This document shows positions 13,601 through 26,559 of a stretch of 64,000 nt of DNA, in pieces. This DNA comes from Xylographa opegraphella (taxonomy: Eukaryota): NCBI GenBank assembly GCA_022813865.1, contig JALDZX010000012.1, positions 62,001 through 126,000 of the forward strand. The letters run 5' to 3'. Under the pieces are notes generated by a model, which saw only the letters and a list, made by a program, of their open reading frames with translations, made no database searches and was not told the DNA's origin. The first letter of the stretch is position 1. Every line of letters starts with the position of its first letter. A program made the position numbers and the translations under genes.

Positions 13601-15569
13601 CCCTGCTGTAGATATTATCAGTCTTTGGTAGCGAACGGAGATCCTCGAATCTCAACTTCCGACTAGGACGACAGAGGAAACGAGCCATGCCCTGCCCATC
13701 CGTGGCTTGGCGGTTGTAGATGTTCCGGCCGCGGGTGGGAGAGTGACTGTGGAGACTAAAAAGGTAGGTGATTGGGGTGCCAAGGCACCTACTTTCAGAC
13801 CGTTTCCTGCTCCACCGACCACAGCTATTCGACCCCTCGTCCGCTGTCATGAACGAGACCAGTATTTCACCTTGGTGTCGAGGTATATCCAGGTATGGTA
13901 TGTACATTGATCTGTGCATGTTTACGCCCACGGACGGAGAATTGTTTTTATTATTATTATTGATCCTCTTAACGTATTCGTTGTTGACTTTGGGGCGTGC
14001 TTTCCGCCCGCCATGATCGACAGTCCCATGCTTCGCCTTAGCTTCAGCGGGGAGTGGCCCCGGAGAATCGCACGGTCGGAAACGGCCTTCGGTTTCTGCA
14101 CCACACCCACAAATTTGGATGGCCGGAGATCATCACGCATGCTGACGGGGGCAAACAACTGGCAACATGACAACGTTCGTCCAAGAACCCAACCTGGCAT
14201 GAGCCCCAGCCATTCGGCGCAGACTGCAGACGAGCTTTGACAGTTGTACCTCCGTAGAGAGTACTAAGTACAAGATGTGTGCTCCGTACCGAGATACCGA
14301 GGGACACCGTACGGACTATATATATCTCTCTCCATCGATACTACGTCCCTTTGATCGTCCGGGGCCGAAACATCGTATGACGGAGGAGAGACCGTGCTGA
14401 CGATCCTCGGCCACCAATGAGAGTCACCGGCACAACTCCTCGGGGACAGCTGTCAGAATCCCCTTCGCGAAAAGCTAGAACGACTCTCGGTCTCCATTTC
14501 GAACACTCCTCGCCACGACCACTAATAATTGCTTGTTTCGTCCTTGCTTGCCTCCTTCTCCTTTTCGCTCTCCCCTCCCACACCGGCTCTAGAATGGGTC
14601 CCGTGCACTACATCCCTACCTCCCTTTTGGCCTTTCCGCTGTCCTCGAGCAGCTTTCCCATGCTTCGGAGGATCCAGAACAGCAGCATAAGTAGCATAGT
14701 CTTCCGGGAGTAGCCCGTCCGAAGAATGTTTCGTGGCCGAAGCAGCGACTGTAACATCGGTGCCGCAGTGTACCGTCCCGGTCACTGTCTGAGTGTCGCA
14801 GCACATCCGAATCGCTGCTCCGCTTCTCGTCCGCGCTGACTTTATCCGACCGTGCCAGACCAACGGCGGCGGGGAAGCAACCTCCCTCAGCTGCACCAGG
14901 AGCCGGGCTGATGCAAAAGCTACCGGGCAGGACCATCTAAGGCTGCTTTGATGTTTGAGGGTCGGAATAGTGGATGGGCTAGTCTTTAAGTGCTTTCTTG
15001 GGCTTGGGGGTGGACTGGGATGCGGCGGGTCAGCGACCGTTGGAGAATTCTGGGCTATGATCCACCGAAACTGCTGAAGATCTGCTGGAAAATCATATAT
15101 CATGCAAGCTTGAGGTCGCTAGCTGCGGGCACCTTCTGCGAAGCGTGGCACTGTGCGCGTTGGACAACCACGATTATTGGGAAAAGCTCTCCCACCGTAG
15201 CAGCGAGTGGTGTGGAAGCTGCTATGACCTCGAAGCAATTGCTTGGGCTGCGAATGGTACCTCTCAATGGCTAGCAGAGAAACCATACTTACCTAGCTCT
15301 GTTACCCCGTTGGTTGGTTATCAATGTGAGATTATTTCCCTTCCTTCAATATACAGCTCTTGGCGGTATCGGCCTTCTTGTTGCGTCGAACTTCTTGGTC
15401 TGCACGTACTGTCAACCTGATCCATCCTGACCACGCTGCGCGGATTGAGCTTCATATATATATCTCTCAGGCCCCTCCAGACACCGTGTTTCTGTCCGTG
15501 CTTTAGCTCATTCACCGAGAAGCCAATTGGTGAATGGCAGTTGCTGACGGAGTCACCTGCCGTGCAGAG

Positions 15570-16682
15570 ATGAAACTGTCCAACCTGATACACAACAGTC
15601 GCCATCAATCTCAACAGTTCCCTCCAGGTAGCTCACACGCTTCAGGTCGACCATTCCAACAAGACATGGCATCTGTGTTGCTTGCGACCCCATACTCCAC
15701 CTCGCAATCCACCAAGTCACCCATTTATCCTCGATCGCCTGAACCCCCACCTTCACCTCCAGTTGATGAAAATTCTACCTGCACTTTACCGTCCATTCAA
15801 AGCTTGATCGGGATGGCAGATGGAAAATCAGTTCGTGGCTCTCAACCCAGTAAGACTTTCTTATTGACCAAAAGCGGTTCTTCAAAGACTTACAATGTGC
15901 TATAAGGCAATGCGGAACACCTTGATTTACAGGCAAATCACGAAGGAGGAAGTACGCAGGCGGTTGAGCACCGTCAATTTATATACGGTGCACCCTCCGT
16001 GAGCAGCCCAGAAACGTTGCCGCCAACCCCTCCACAACTCCTTGAAACTGGAGTTGACAGTAGTAATCAGTCTCCTTCTGCCACATCATTGCGATCGCCC
16101 AAGTCTTCCGCTCAACATCCGGTAAATACGATGCACAAGGTTGAACCTTGCAGCCAACGGCAGCTCCCAACTCAAGCATCCGATCCGCATCCTACACCCG
16201 GGCAGTCATCTCACCCTTCATATCTCAACTCTCCATACACTTCTTCTCCAAGGACATCGTCGAGCTACTCTTATCATTCTCAAGCCAATCCCTCCGGCCC
16301 GACGCCCGGCCTCTATTACCAAAGATCTCTGCCAGCCACATTTCCACCGCCAGAATATACATCATCAATGTCACCTTCAATATCCAGCTCCCACAATGAG
16401 TCACCTATCGATCATAATAACCCGTGGCAACATCACCACTATATTGCACCTTCCGCGTCAGTGGCTTTGGCCGGCCAGCCACAAGATCGTTATGTCTGCC
16501 AGATTTGCAACAAAGCCTTTTCACGGCCGTCGAGTCTTCGAATCCATAGCCACTCGCACACTGGGGAGAAGCCGTTCAAGTGCCCGCATTCAGGCTGTGG
16601 CAAGGCTTTCAGCGTGAGGAGCAACATGAAAAGACACGAACGCGGCTGCCACGGGGCTGGCGGCAGTCCTGGAAGTTTATGA
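15570..16682 (+). CDS. mtfA: C2H2 zinc-finger transcription factor, MtfA-like
   Basis: Two C-terminal fingers [52 protein letters not shown], plus N-terminal [14 protein letters not shown] and LPPTPP motifs as in Aspergillus MtfA. Frame-compatible intron 15850-15906. Start uncertain (15534, 15570 or 15666). Confidence 0.8.
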
Positions 16683-19600
16683 ACAGCTTCCGTACATTCG
16701 CCTGTGTCGTTGGGAGCTATCGACAGAAAAATCTGCAACCTGTATAGCGATCCAGCTATCGCAGCAAGCATGAACGTGGTCCATAAACATATCTTGGATA
16801 TCTAATGTCTCGCCCCTACACATATCAAAGCAATACAAACATAGAGCCTTGGATAAAACCGACTGCGGTTACAGTTGGCGTTGGTGCTCTAAAGAATGAT
16901 ACCCCAGATCTCCCGTACCTGCAACAAGTTGAGGGCGTTTTTTTGGCATAATAATTGTACATATTTGCTTGCTATTGTGTACAGCAGTGGTTTTGCTCTA
17001 GACTTCTAGGAGAGCATAATTTATGTTACGAGTTTGGATAATGCTACATTGCACATCGAGCACATATACCGTGTGACAGAACTGGATGGAGAAGCAAGTG
17101 TTCCTATATCGGGGGAGAGTATGTTTGCTGCTACTACCCTCACGAGCGAATTTGCCGCTCGAATGCATAATGACGTCCTAATGCTGGATACACAAAGTAG
17201 CAAGAGACAATGGATGTGCTTCTTGTATGTAGTACCACATTATGATCCAACCCATATCCTACACGGTCCGATTCAGGTGCGGCTATGTCCAAACCAAATT
17301 TACAGGCTCGCAACATATCTTCTCATAGTTTTCTCTGACGACAAGCACAGAAAATACGTCTTATTCTCTTACTTACAAATACCCTGACCTACAGTACTCT
17401 GTCGAAAATCTTTACTGGGGTAACATTGGATACGCTCGTACAGAACCTGGACATCCAACCAATGCGCCCTTATTCCTGACCTCTATATGATATCCATCTG
17501 TTTCGTAGAGGAGAGGATATACTCTACCATAGTGTTGATTCAAGATACTCACACTGTAACCCACCAAGCCGCCGCACTTCTCTACCGGGGTATATGCATC
17601 AAAGAATGATGCGGTGCGCGGCAAGCAAACTTACCCCGGAGGATTTCGGCATGGACGGTGGATCTTTCCACGTTACGAGAATTTACGATATAAGAAAAGG
17701 ATTCTCGAAAAGAGGAACGCCTGCACGGGAGGGACGATCTGCACTTCGAACACTCTTATTTCTTCTTCTACGGGAAATGGGATAAGACTGGCTCGAGTTG
17801 AACATCTCAATAGTACCATCATATCTCATGACGATGACCTCATGGAGTGAAGCCGATTTTGAGAAGTCACTATCCTCATCAGGGTTAGTCCTAGCCTTGA
17901 AATCCTGAACCGAGCTTACTTTTCGAGCAACGTCAAAGAGCAACGAGTATCCGGTAAGCCGGTGATTGAATTGAAGCTTGATGTCAGGCATGTAGAGTAA
18001 CTTTAAGGCATTAGCCCTTTGTTTTCTGCTCCAGCCGTCACTTAATGTCAGATTTCACGCTTTCAGCAGGATTAGCTCAGTGAACGTCACTAAAGGATTA
18101 TATGCCCACAACTAGCTCAGCAATATTCGTTGCAATATTCCTGCCTATCTGCTTACACATTCTACATAATCAGAGACTTAGTCTGCAGACGATAACAGCG
18201 ATCATGCGAATTATATGATCCCATGCTGTGAATGTTGCAGACTCTTGATTTCCCAGAAGACTGGTGGATCCAAATAATCTGAGCAGATATTATACGATTG
18301 CTATACTTGGAAATGCTCAGATAAGATTAACTGTATTGCCTACCAGTCACTTTGCTGAAGAGAAACATCTCTGGAATTTTATTACAAGGTAGAAAGATCA
18401 TCAGCACTAAACGCTGTGGATCTCGTCTCAGGGTGGAAACGAATCACGTCCATAGTTACGGAGAACAGTGTGTAAGTGATAGCTTGAAGCCCCGTTGCAA
18501 GTTTTATTGCCTCTTTATATTGCCTATAGATACTGCTGACATATTTTCCGACTCCCATATCATAACTCTTGACCAGTTGGCGGTTTCTGGCTATGGATCG
18601 AACATTCTAATCTCGTTTACCAAGCTTGAACTCCTCCGCAGAAGTGAATGATCTCGATGTCGAGCTTCCACGCCTGCAGATGCACCCGTGAACTAGACCC
18701 TTACCAAGTCCACTTGCTCGGTTGGTGCTACGTTTGAGACGGAATGTGGTGAGAGCACGCCACAATATTCTACCCGCTGAAGAGTATGCGACTCTCCAGA
18801 CAAATTATGATAACTTGTCATGGCGATCGTCCATACACACACAGTAGGTGAGCTGCCCTAGAACTCATCTACGCTTAAAATTGATTGAACTATATATACC
18901 GTTGCTACATCCCCCATATACAAAGTCGTCAGAACCAACTGCAAACGTGGAGGCAGCCGCCCATAACAGCAGTCACCATTCTTTGGTATAACCTCAGGCC
19001 ACGACTGCCTACTCGGGGCAGATTCTGACGCGTAATTTACCCGGTCGAAGTCGCAAATGTTGGCATATTCATCATTCAGCTAAGGGGACTCATTCTCCAT
19101 AGTTCAACAATAAGGTCTTCCAACAACAAGTGCTTCGCGCCGCTTTACTCGGCGCTCGTCAGCCAGCGCCCAGATATTCTAGCCAAGCTGGCCGCGATGC
19201 GAGATGTCAATATCTATCAGCCTCATCAAGCAAGGCAAGCAAGAGCAATCCACATGCAGCTGTTCTGTCAGCGATTCTGGCATATCATGGCACAAACTTC
19301 TGATTTTCTCAGATGCCCTCTCAATTTACGTGCAATCCGCACCTGTTCCGTGGGTCCATGATTTCTCATTGAATTCAGATTCCATACCAACGTAAGCCAA
19401 CGGGCAACAGCAAAATTTCACATTGGAGACCCTCTTCACTGGAGCCTCACTCCGTCGATGCCCCCCCGCTTTCGCAATATTCATTAGTAGCCTAAGCGAT
19501 CTCTCGAGAAACCAGTGTATCCGACTTTAAGGAACACGGGAGATTTCATCCCAAGCCCCTAGAAATCTCAGCACATCTAAACCTGTGCTTTACTATCATT

Positions 19601-20730
19601 GAACTTTGTCAGTAATGTCATATTATTGATCAAATACTTCACTCAAGATCGGGAAGCTCTTGTTTTTACTGGTATAAAGGTTCACGCTCGCTTAACTCTG
19701 TTCATATCACTAGCTTTATTTCGAAAGCCAATAATGAAGGAGCTGTCTACCTTAATCTAAGTCTGATCCTGGACGGGATCTTGTCACTAATCTTTCGCTG
19801 GTGGTATTCTAATCTGCTTCCCATACCTTACTTTGAACTCTCGTAACAAAACGAGGGCTAACTGTTGCAGGTTCCCCAGGCACGCAGCACAACTGAGGTC
19901 ATTTTCTGAAACTTTGCACTTTCGAGAAGCCAGTCTGTGATTCTAATTCGATTATGTCTTAAGCTTGTTTTGAGCGGAGAAGGCTGTCCAGGAACTCAAG
20001 CAGAAGGATATTGCCGTGCTCCTCTTTGACTGGGGGCGCACAAAGGTGGCATTCGGCTTTCGACGTGTCAATACAGATCGATGAAGGGGTAAAACAGGCT
20101 GCCCTGATGCACTAGGCATCTGATGTAATTGTGATCTTTGCCGAACGCCAGTCTGGCCACTTTTTGCGTTTCCAAAAGCGTCGTTCTCCCACAGTATCCG
20201 TCATAAGACATGTACCTTATTCAAAATACCGAGTGTCCGCGCGGGTAATACGTAACATCGGAACAGTAAGCTATGTTACAATGCAGGGTAGCGCGTCTGT
20301 GGTCTCACGTCGTCCGGATCGGTCGATGGAAAGCCACCCGAGCCACCTTTTGATACCGATCAGACCCTGAATCGCGATCTCAAAGCAGGAGGGCTCGTGA
20401 GAATCACTTAGATTCTGCTGACGTTTCTCCGCATAACATCGAGATGTTGTCGATCATGTGTGATCGGAGAAGGATTGCTTGCGCTTTGTGGCGGGATGCC
20501 GTCTTCTGCCCTCCTGATCTCTTCCCCAGTGTCGAATTCACTGCTATCTACCTCAAGCCCCGATCAATCTTCACGGCAGCGCGCAACGTTCTTCTAGGGC
20601 CCACGCCTGCTCCAGCCTCGACAATTCCTGTCGACAGTTTGGGTGTTCTATCAGAGTCTACCGAGATCTGTGTGGACTGCCTTTGAGCTACACATTGAGT
20701 GGATACTCGTCCTTCATACCGGGGATCGAA

Positions 20731-21649
20731 ATGGCGACAGAACACCGCAGATTGGTAGGGCCTGTCACCCCCAATGCGTGTAATCCTTGCAGACGAAGGC
20801 ATGCAAAGGTGAGCCTGTAGCTGGGACCATTTGTTCCATTGTTGACTGATCGTTTAGTGTGATGGAGAACAGCCATGCAAACGATGTGCCAAGGGAGACG
20901 TATCTGACTGCACATATAGTGTCCAGCACAATCTAGCCAAAGATGAGATGCGCCTTGAGATCACTCGCCTTCGTCAAGGAGAGATTTCTTCTACCCGAAT
21001 CCTCAACGCTCTGGCTTCGAACCACCAGACACCCCAAATACTTCAACGATTGGCAAATAGAGAGGATTTAGAGGATATTGCTCGCGATATTAAATCGACT
21101 CCAGTGATACAACATAACGATAATTTAAAAATTGTGGCAAAAGATCTTACATTACAAGTTGGACCCGACAATTATTCCCTGCTACCTACAACTACAAATC
21201 AAATCTTCGATTCTTCAATTGTGGGGGAAACATCCTATCAGACTGCAACTTTACCAGATCCGCCGCTGCTTGGGCATCTGCTCTCTCTTTACACAATTTG
21301 GATACATCCCCAATACCCGCTATTCAGTATGCCGGACTTTCTCAAAGACTACGGAACAGGTGGCACCACCCAATGCTCAACATTTCTGGTCGCCGCCATC
21401 TGTGCTGCTGCTTCACATTTCTTGAATCCTCATTGGGATTCAGCTTCGGGAATGGCTACAGATGTAGCGAGGCTGAGGCAGTCTCTTATAACACAAGCTG
21501 AGATACAGGAAGGGCTGGCAGAACCTAATGCTGAGACAACAGCTCACGCATTGGCGGTGATGCTAATTGTAAACTCGCATTCTGTTCAACGCTATAACGT
21601 CGGTCATGTTCCAGCAGAAATGAAGGATTTCTCATCTGGTGGCACTTAA
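20731..21649 (+). CDS. Zn(II)2Cys6 transcription factor, short (about 289 aa), 2 exons
   Basis: ACNPCRRRHAK | intron 20809-20857 | CDGEQPCKRCAKGDVSDCTY, then a coiled coil and the start of the middle homology region (HLLSLY..WIHPQYP..FLKDY..CSTFLVAAICA). Confidence 0.85.
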
Positions 21650-24600
21650 GGTCCACTGCCAACTTTCACTGAAGCATATCCAATCGGGAAGAGCGCGGCA
21701 TGCACCAACTTTGAGACCTCCCCGTTTCCGACTTAGCTATACGTTTATCACGATACCGGCATACACTTCGTTCCCCACACGACAAGAGAAATAAGCGAAA
21801 CTTCATATCGAACCTAAGAGTACACAAAGCAAACCTGGGTCGGTTGTTATGTCAAATTGATTGCACTGAACTCCTGGAAATTTTGACTCTTGCAATCAGA
21901 CGTCGCTTCCGAGCAGACTCGAGATTCAGTAAAGGTTACGCGTGTCCCGGTCTTCGACTCACTGGTGGCGAACAAGTATGGTATAAAGGGGAAGCACGTA
22001 ATAGCTGGGAAGTAGCCCAAGACCGCCGAACAAGAGTCGGTCACCTGAGCTCGATCAATTGGTCATCAGCGAATTCTAATTTCTCACTAGGTAGAGTCGC
22101 TTGTCACTTTATTTTGTTTATCACAATTTTCCATCTTCGTCAACAGCAATACTCATCGCAACGCTGAATACCCTGCTCTTATAGAAGCCGCTATCTGTTG
22201 AGTGCTCATGCGCTTCCCTCATAAAGTTCTCTGCAAGCTGTGGACGCCATCGTTAGGAAAATCCAGCTGACAGCAAACTTGGTTATGATATGAAAGATAT
22301 CACTTTCCTTAAACAGAACCTGATCAGTGCCTATGAACACTCTGGATATGCCAATGGCATGGTCCAATTTAGTTCCATTTCAGTTTCCCTTGTGAACCCC
22401 GGCTTCTGTCTCCGCCCACCACAACATAGCACCGCAATGGAAGAGCGGTATCAGGAGATGATGGGCCCTCTGGAGAGACTCGGTGATGATGCCATGTACA
22501 AGGGCATGCTGCGAAGCGGTTGCGCGCGTGGATTGGGAATTTATCCTGTATCTTCGAGCAGGAAAATCGTTCGATGACATAAAACTGAAAGAATTGGAGG
22601 GGGATTGTAATTTGTTGATCGAACAAAGCTTCTATCAGCTCAAAAACCATCTCCATTGTCTATTCTATCAGCCGTGCTGATTCGGATTCTATGGGCTCTG
22701 CCGTATCGCCGGGTCAGCCTTGTTGAAATGTGCTCCCACTGCCAGCAAACATATTTGGGTGCCCACTTTCGACCCGGGCTCCAATTCGAGTAGTCCAATC
22801 CTACGATCGTGCGGTGTGCCTTTTACCAATACATTGCCCCCGTCCCAAATTTTGACTTTGTCAGCCTCCATCCATATCTTCCAGTATACCTTCAGTGGCG
22901 AAACGCCTCATTTGGGAGAGCCGCGACGTGATTCCTGATACAGGTTACACCGGAGACAACTGGGCCAAGCGTGGATATTGCTGCTAGTCTCGTTTGGGGC
23001 GAGGGCCTAACGGGTGGTCCGAGCGTCATGCAGGCAAGCCTTTTCGGGGCCGCCGTTGCGGAAAAGCGCTTCGTTAGGTAAGGTAGGCATGGACTTCACC
23101 TACCACCTTATATGCCGACGGTTGAGAAGGAGAAAGGTGTGCTTCTGATATGGCCCATGGTCAATTATGGACATACCGTGCCATACGGATGGCATGATCC
23201 TGTGGGGGATCACGACATTGCGGCGTGATACTAAGCGCGACGAGCTCGTAGATGTGTTGACCAGTACTCTCGAAACGCTGTAACTCTGAATCTCCGTGAC
23301 TGGCATTCTTAGGATCGTCTCATAACGCAATGGCTCGCAGTTCCTTCTACGGTTTGGCTTGGCCTTCAGTTCGAGCTTGATTGCCCCCCCCTTCGATTTC
23401 ATTATTTTTGAGATTATTGTAGTATCTGAGCTCTATTGTTGTCCAAAAAAACATCTCTACCCTCCTCATTGTCAATTAATATAACCACTAGCCTCAGGCG
23501 AGGAGCCTCTGGTTGTTGTGCTGCCCACTTTCTCAAGTGTACAGGGAAACACCAACATCATTCACGGTGTGAGCCGCTCTATAGCCATAGCTAATAAGCT
23601 CCGGACGGGAGTGGAGCGAAGAAAAGATGCAAATGAGAGTATGAAGTTTTGTAACGGCGACGACGGGTCATCATTCAGGCTTGGACTGAGTAACCTGGTT
23701 ATTATGACTGGGGGTGGAAGTTAGTGCGCTTCGATCGCAGGTTTTTATAGGAGGCGTTTCTAGCTACAAGGGCAGCGGTTTGGCAGGTCGTGGAAGGTGT
23801 GACTTGAGTAAGGTGGATCGTGACGTGGGCGGCCGTGAGGAGAGTAAAGGGAAGCGAAAGCAAACGGGGGGGGGAAGAGGTGGCCTGGAGCCTGGAGGCG
23901 GGAGGTAATACTGGCTGATGACAAGTATAATGGGGCCATCGAAGTCACATCTTCTTCTTCGCAATCGGCAAGTCAATTCGAGACCAATGATTCTCTTCCT
24001 CGAGTTTTGTGATGGACGGTGTGGGTGAATATGGTCATTGCGGGGACTTTTGATGCCAACGAGATTTGTGATTCTTGCCCATACCCATCGGAACTCTAGA
24101 TATCAAACCTCGTGCTCTGCACAGCACCGATCTTGCTCTCGCTATCCTTGGCCGCAGGTGATCAGGCACTGACAGCTGGGGCTCGTCCTCACCCGCGTGA
24201 GTATGCGGTCTGACCGCTTTGTCGAGTTCAAGTCCGCTTGGCCCGCGTCGTCCCTGACGACTCCACCGGTGCGACTAAGGCAGAGGTACGGCTAATACGG
24301 ATACCAGGGCCAAGAACTCAGTCATTGGATCACGTGATCTGATGATTGGAGCCCTGAGCGAAGTAGTTTACTTACGAGTATGGAGGTATGGCACCGTGCG
24401 TTGTCACCACACATATGTGGATGCGGAACTTCGCAGCTGAATAATCAAACGCCAGCTCGAAACCGCATAGCGGATAGTCCAGATGCAGTTAAGGTAAGTT
24501 CAACGACCCACCCGCGCCCTACAGCCTCGTACCGAAGAAGCTCCTTCATCCCAATTAGTCGGGCTTAAGCGAGAGCGGCCGCCACTGTCTTGGCAAGCCC

Positions 24601-25154
24601 GTTCTGGGCTCTGGGGCCTAGATTTCTGAGAACGCTACGGAGTGTTGAATGGCGTTTTACAAAGGCATTGTCCGAATAGCGTTTGCGCTTTTTCTTCGAG
24701 CTATCAGGTACCTGCAGGCTACCTCCTGGTACCTACCTTACCTAAGGTATGTACCTTAGGTACCATATGGAGGCCAAGGAATGCGGAGACTGGGCAAGGG
24801 CCAACGGAGAGTGCCAAGGATTTGTAGTACAAGTCTAGAGTAGGTAAGGTAATTATGCAGGACTAGCGTCCTCGCTCTCACGTCGTCGTGAGGGTTTCCG
24901 CTAACTTGTACATAACTGTTACTGCCCGTCTCCTACGTGCGCAGTGGTTTGGATTCGACCAAATGTGCAGTGCTACTCACGGACCAAGTCAGACCGTGAC
25001 AGAGTGCAGTGTGGCCGCAGATATGAGGCTCGAGAGTCATTCGACTTGAGTCCGGGAGCGTGTGAACTCTAGTTCATGAACCAATTTCAATAGTTCATCA
25101 CCCATTATTCCACCGCTGTCTTGGCTTTCTTGCTCCGTTGACCCAAATGGGAGC

Positions 25155-26559
25155 ATGGCTTTACAAGTGAGCTCAGCCTCATGCCAGCTGAACCCACCAG
25201 AACTTCTAGTATGCACTGTTGGCAGAAACCACTGGCCTTTCCCTCTTGGCTTGCATCGGCGTTGCTTATATTTACCTTCTTGATTTTCCTCTGCCGTTTC
25301 TGCACAGTTTCTTATATTTCCTGTAATCCTCACAAAGATGGGTATTCTATTCTCTTCGCCGCAGATACAAGACGCGCAAACCGCCTATCCGTCACCCACA
25401 TTCTCTACCTCTTATGGCTTTGCCGCTTCTGATACAAACGCTTTTGGGGTATCTGCCACAATTGACGTGTTTGGTAAGCTCGGGCGAGAGTCCTTTCACG
25501 GAAGCATTCTGCTAACAAGCTTGAATTACAGATGGCGCAGGGCCAGTGACCCCTATTGGTATATACATCTGTAGTTTGTGTTTCAGAGATCTTTATTGCT
25601 GATCTTTTCTAGTCACTGTTCCGGGGTCTACGGTCGGACAATCTTCGGTTTATACATGCAATACCTTTCCTATATCTGTCTCGACCGCCTCTCTGGACTG
25701 TCCTGGTCTTTACAACTCCGATATACTCCCCGGCACAGTCACAATCTTGTTGACCTCGTCTGGCCTCTATAGTGGCGTTTACGTATTCTCTGTAGCTGCT
25801 ACACCCACTTCTGTGTATGTACATTCTCGAGTCCCTCTTCTTCCTGTTTAGGCATACTCTCGCACTTTGATACATGTTTGGACACATACCCCAAAGGATT
25901 TCAATTCCGACTTCCCGGGAAAGGCTGACTCCAATTGTCCACGCAGCGTAACCGCTACAGTAACGGGAGCAGCATCTGTACCTACTGTGACTGTGCCAGG
26001 AACCTGCCCTACTACTTCCTCAACCACATCAAAACTGGTTTGTAATGCAGGTAATATCACTCACAACTGCTTCCTCTAAACATTTCTAAATCCACGCAGA
26101 CAATTGCCTCCGCGCTCTTCGCGCCACCCAGACGCCAGGCCGTCTCTCGTCTGCACAAGCATTCTGCAGCTCATACACCAATGGTGCCGCCGTAGCTACA
26201 CCAACCTACATACCTGCTACGTGCAACCCATCCCGGATCTCCAGTGCATGTACCTGCATCGCAACGACTTCTGCCCCGACACCTACGATGGGTAGTGGTG
26301 GTGTCTCTCAGGTCAAAAGAGACGCAGGCTTTGCAGGTCCCGATTTCACATATTCCAACGGCGACGGTCCGGCTGCCGTAACAGTCACGACCACGGCAAC
26401 GGAAGCGCCAGTGATAATGTAAGTCTTTTCGTCCTTGGAGTGCATAACTCCGAGCAACTAAGAATCCGTGCGTGCGGCAACAGGTCTACCGTGACGATCA
26501 CTACACCACCGATTGGCTGTGCTACCACCGTTGCACCGGGCGCTAGTACCATTACGTAA
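25155..26559 (+). CDS. Thr/Ser-rich extracellular protein with Cys-rich CNADNCLRAL..FC..SSACTC module; multi-exon, 5' end uncertain or frameshifted
   Basis: Five consecutive GT..AG introns downstream of ATG 25338 splice in frame to give CNADNCLRALRATQTPGRLSSAQAFCSSYT..CNPSRISSACTCI, a KR site and a stop at 26557-26559. The signal-like segment upstream is out of frame. Confidence 0.7.

Noticed and set aside
11000..15300. Many 60-190 aa ORFs on both strands
   Set aside because: Overlapping, Arg/Ser/Pro-rich and motif-free, as expected by chance in GC-rich non-coding DNA.
22290..22680. Two overlapping ORFs that might be a frameshifted gene remnant
   Set aside because: No recognisable domain or splice structure, so a pseudogene call cannot be supported without a homology search.
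22805..22870. U5 snRNA-like loop GCCTTTTAC followed by an Sm-like AATTTTG
   Set aside because: The closing stem is weak and out of register, and the conserved internal loops and long stem are not evident.
23417..23429. TGTAGTATCTG matching the U2 branch-recognition sequence
   Set aside because: No flanking U2 sequence; a short chance match.
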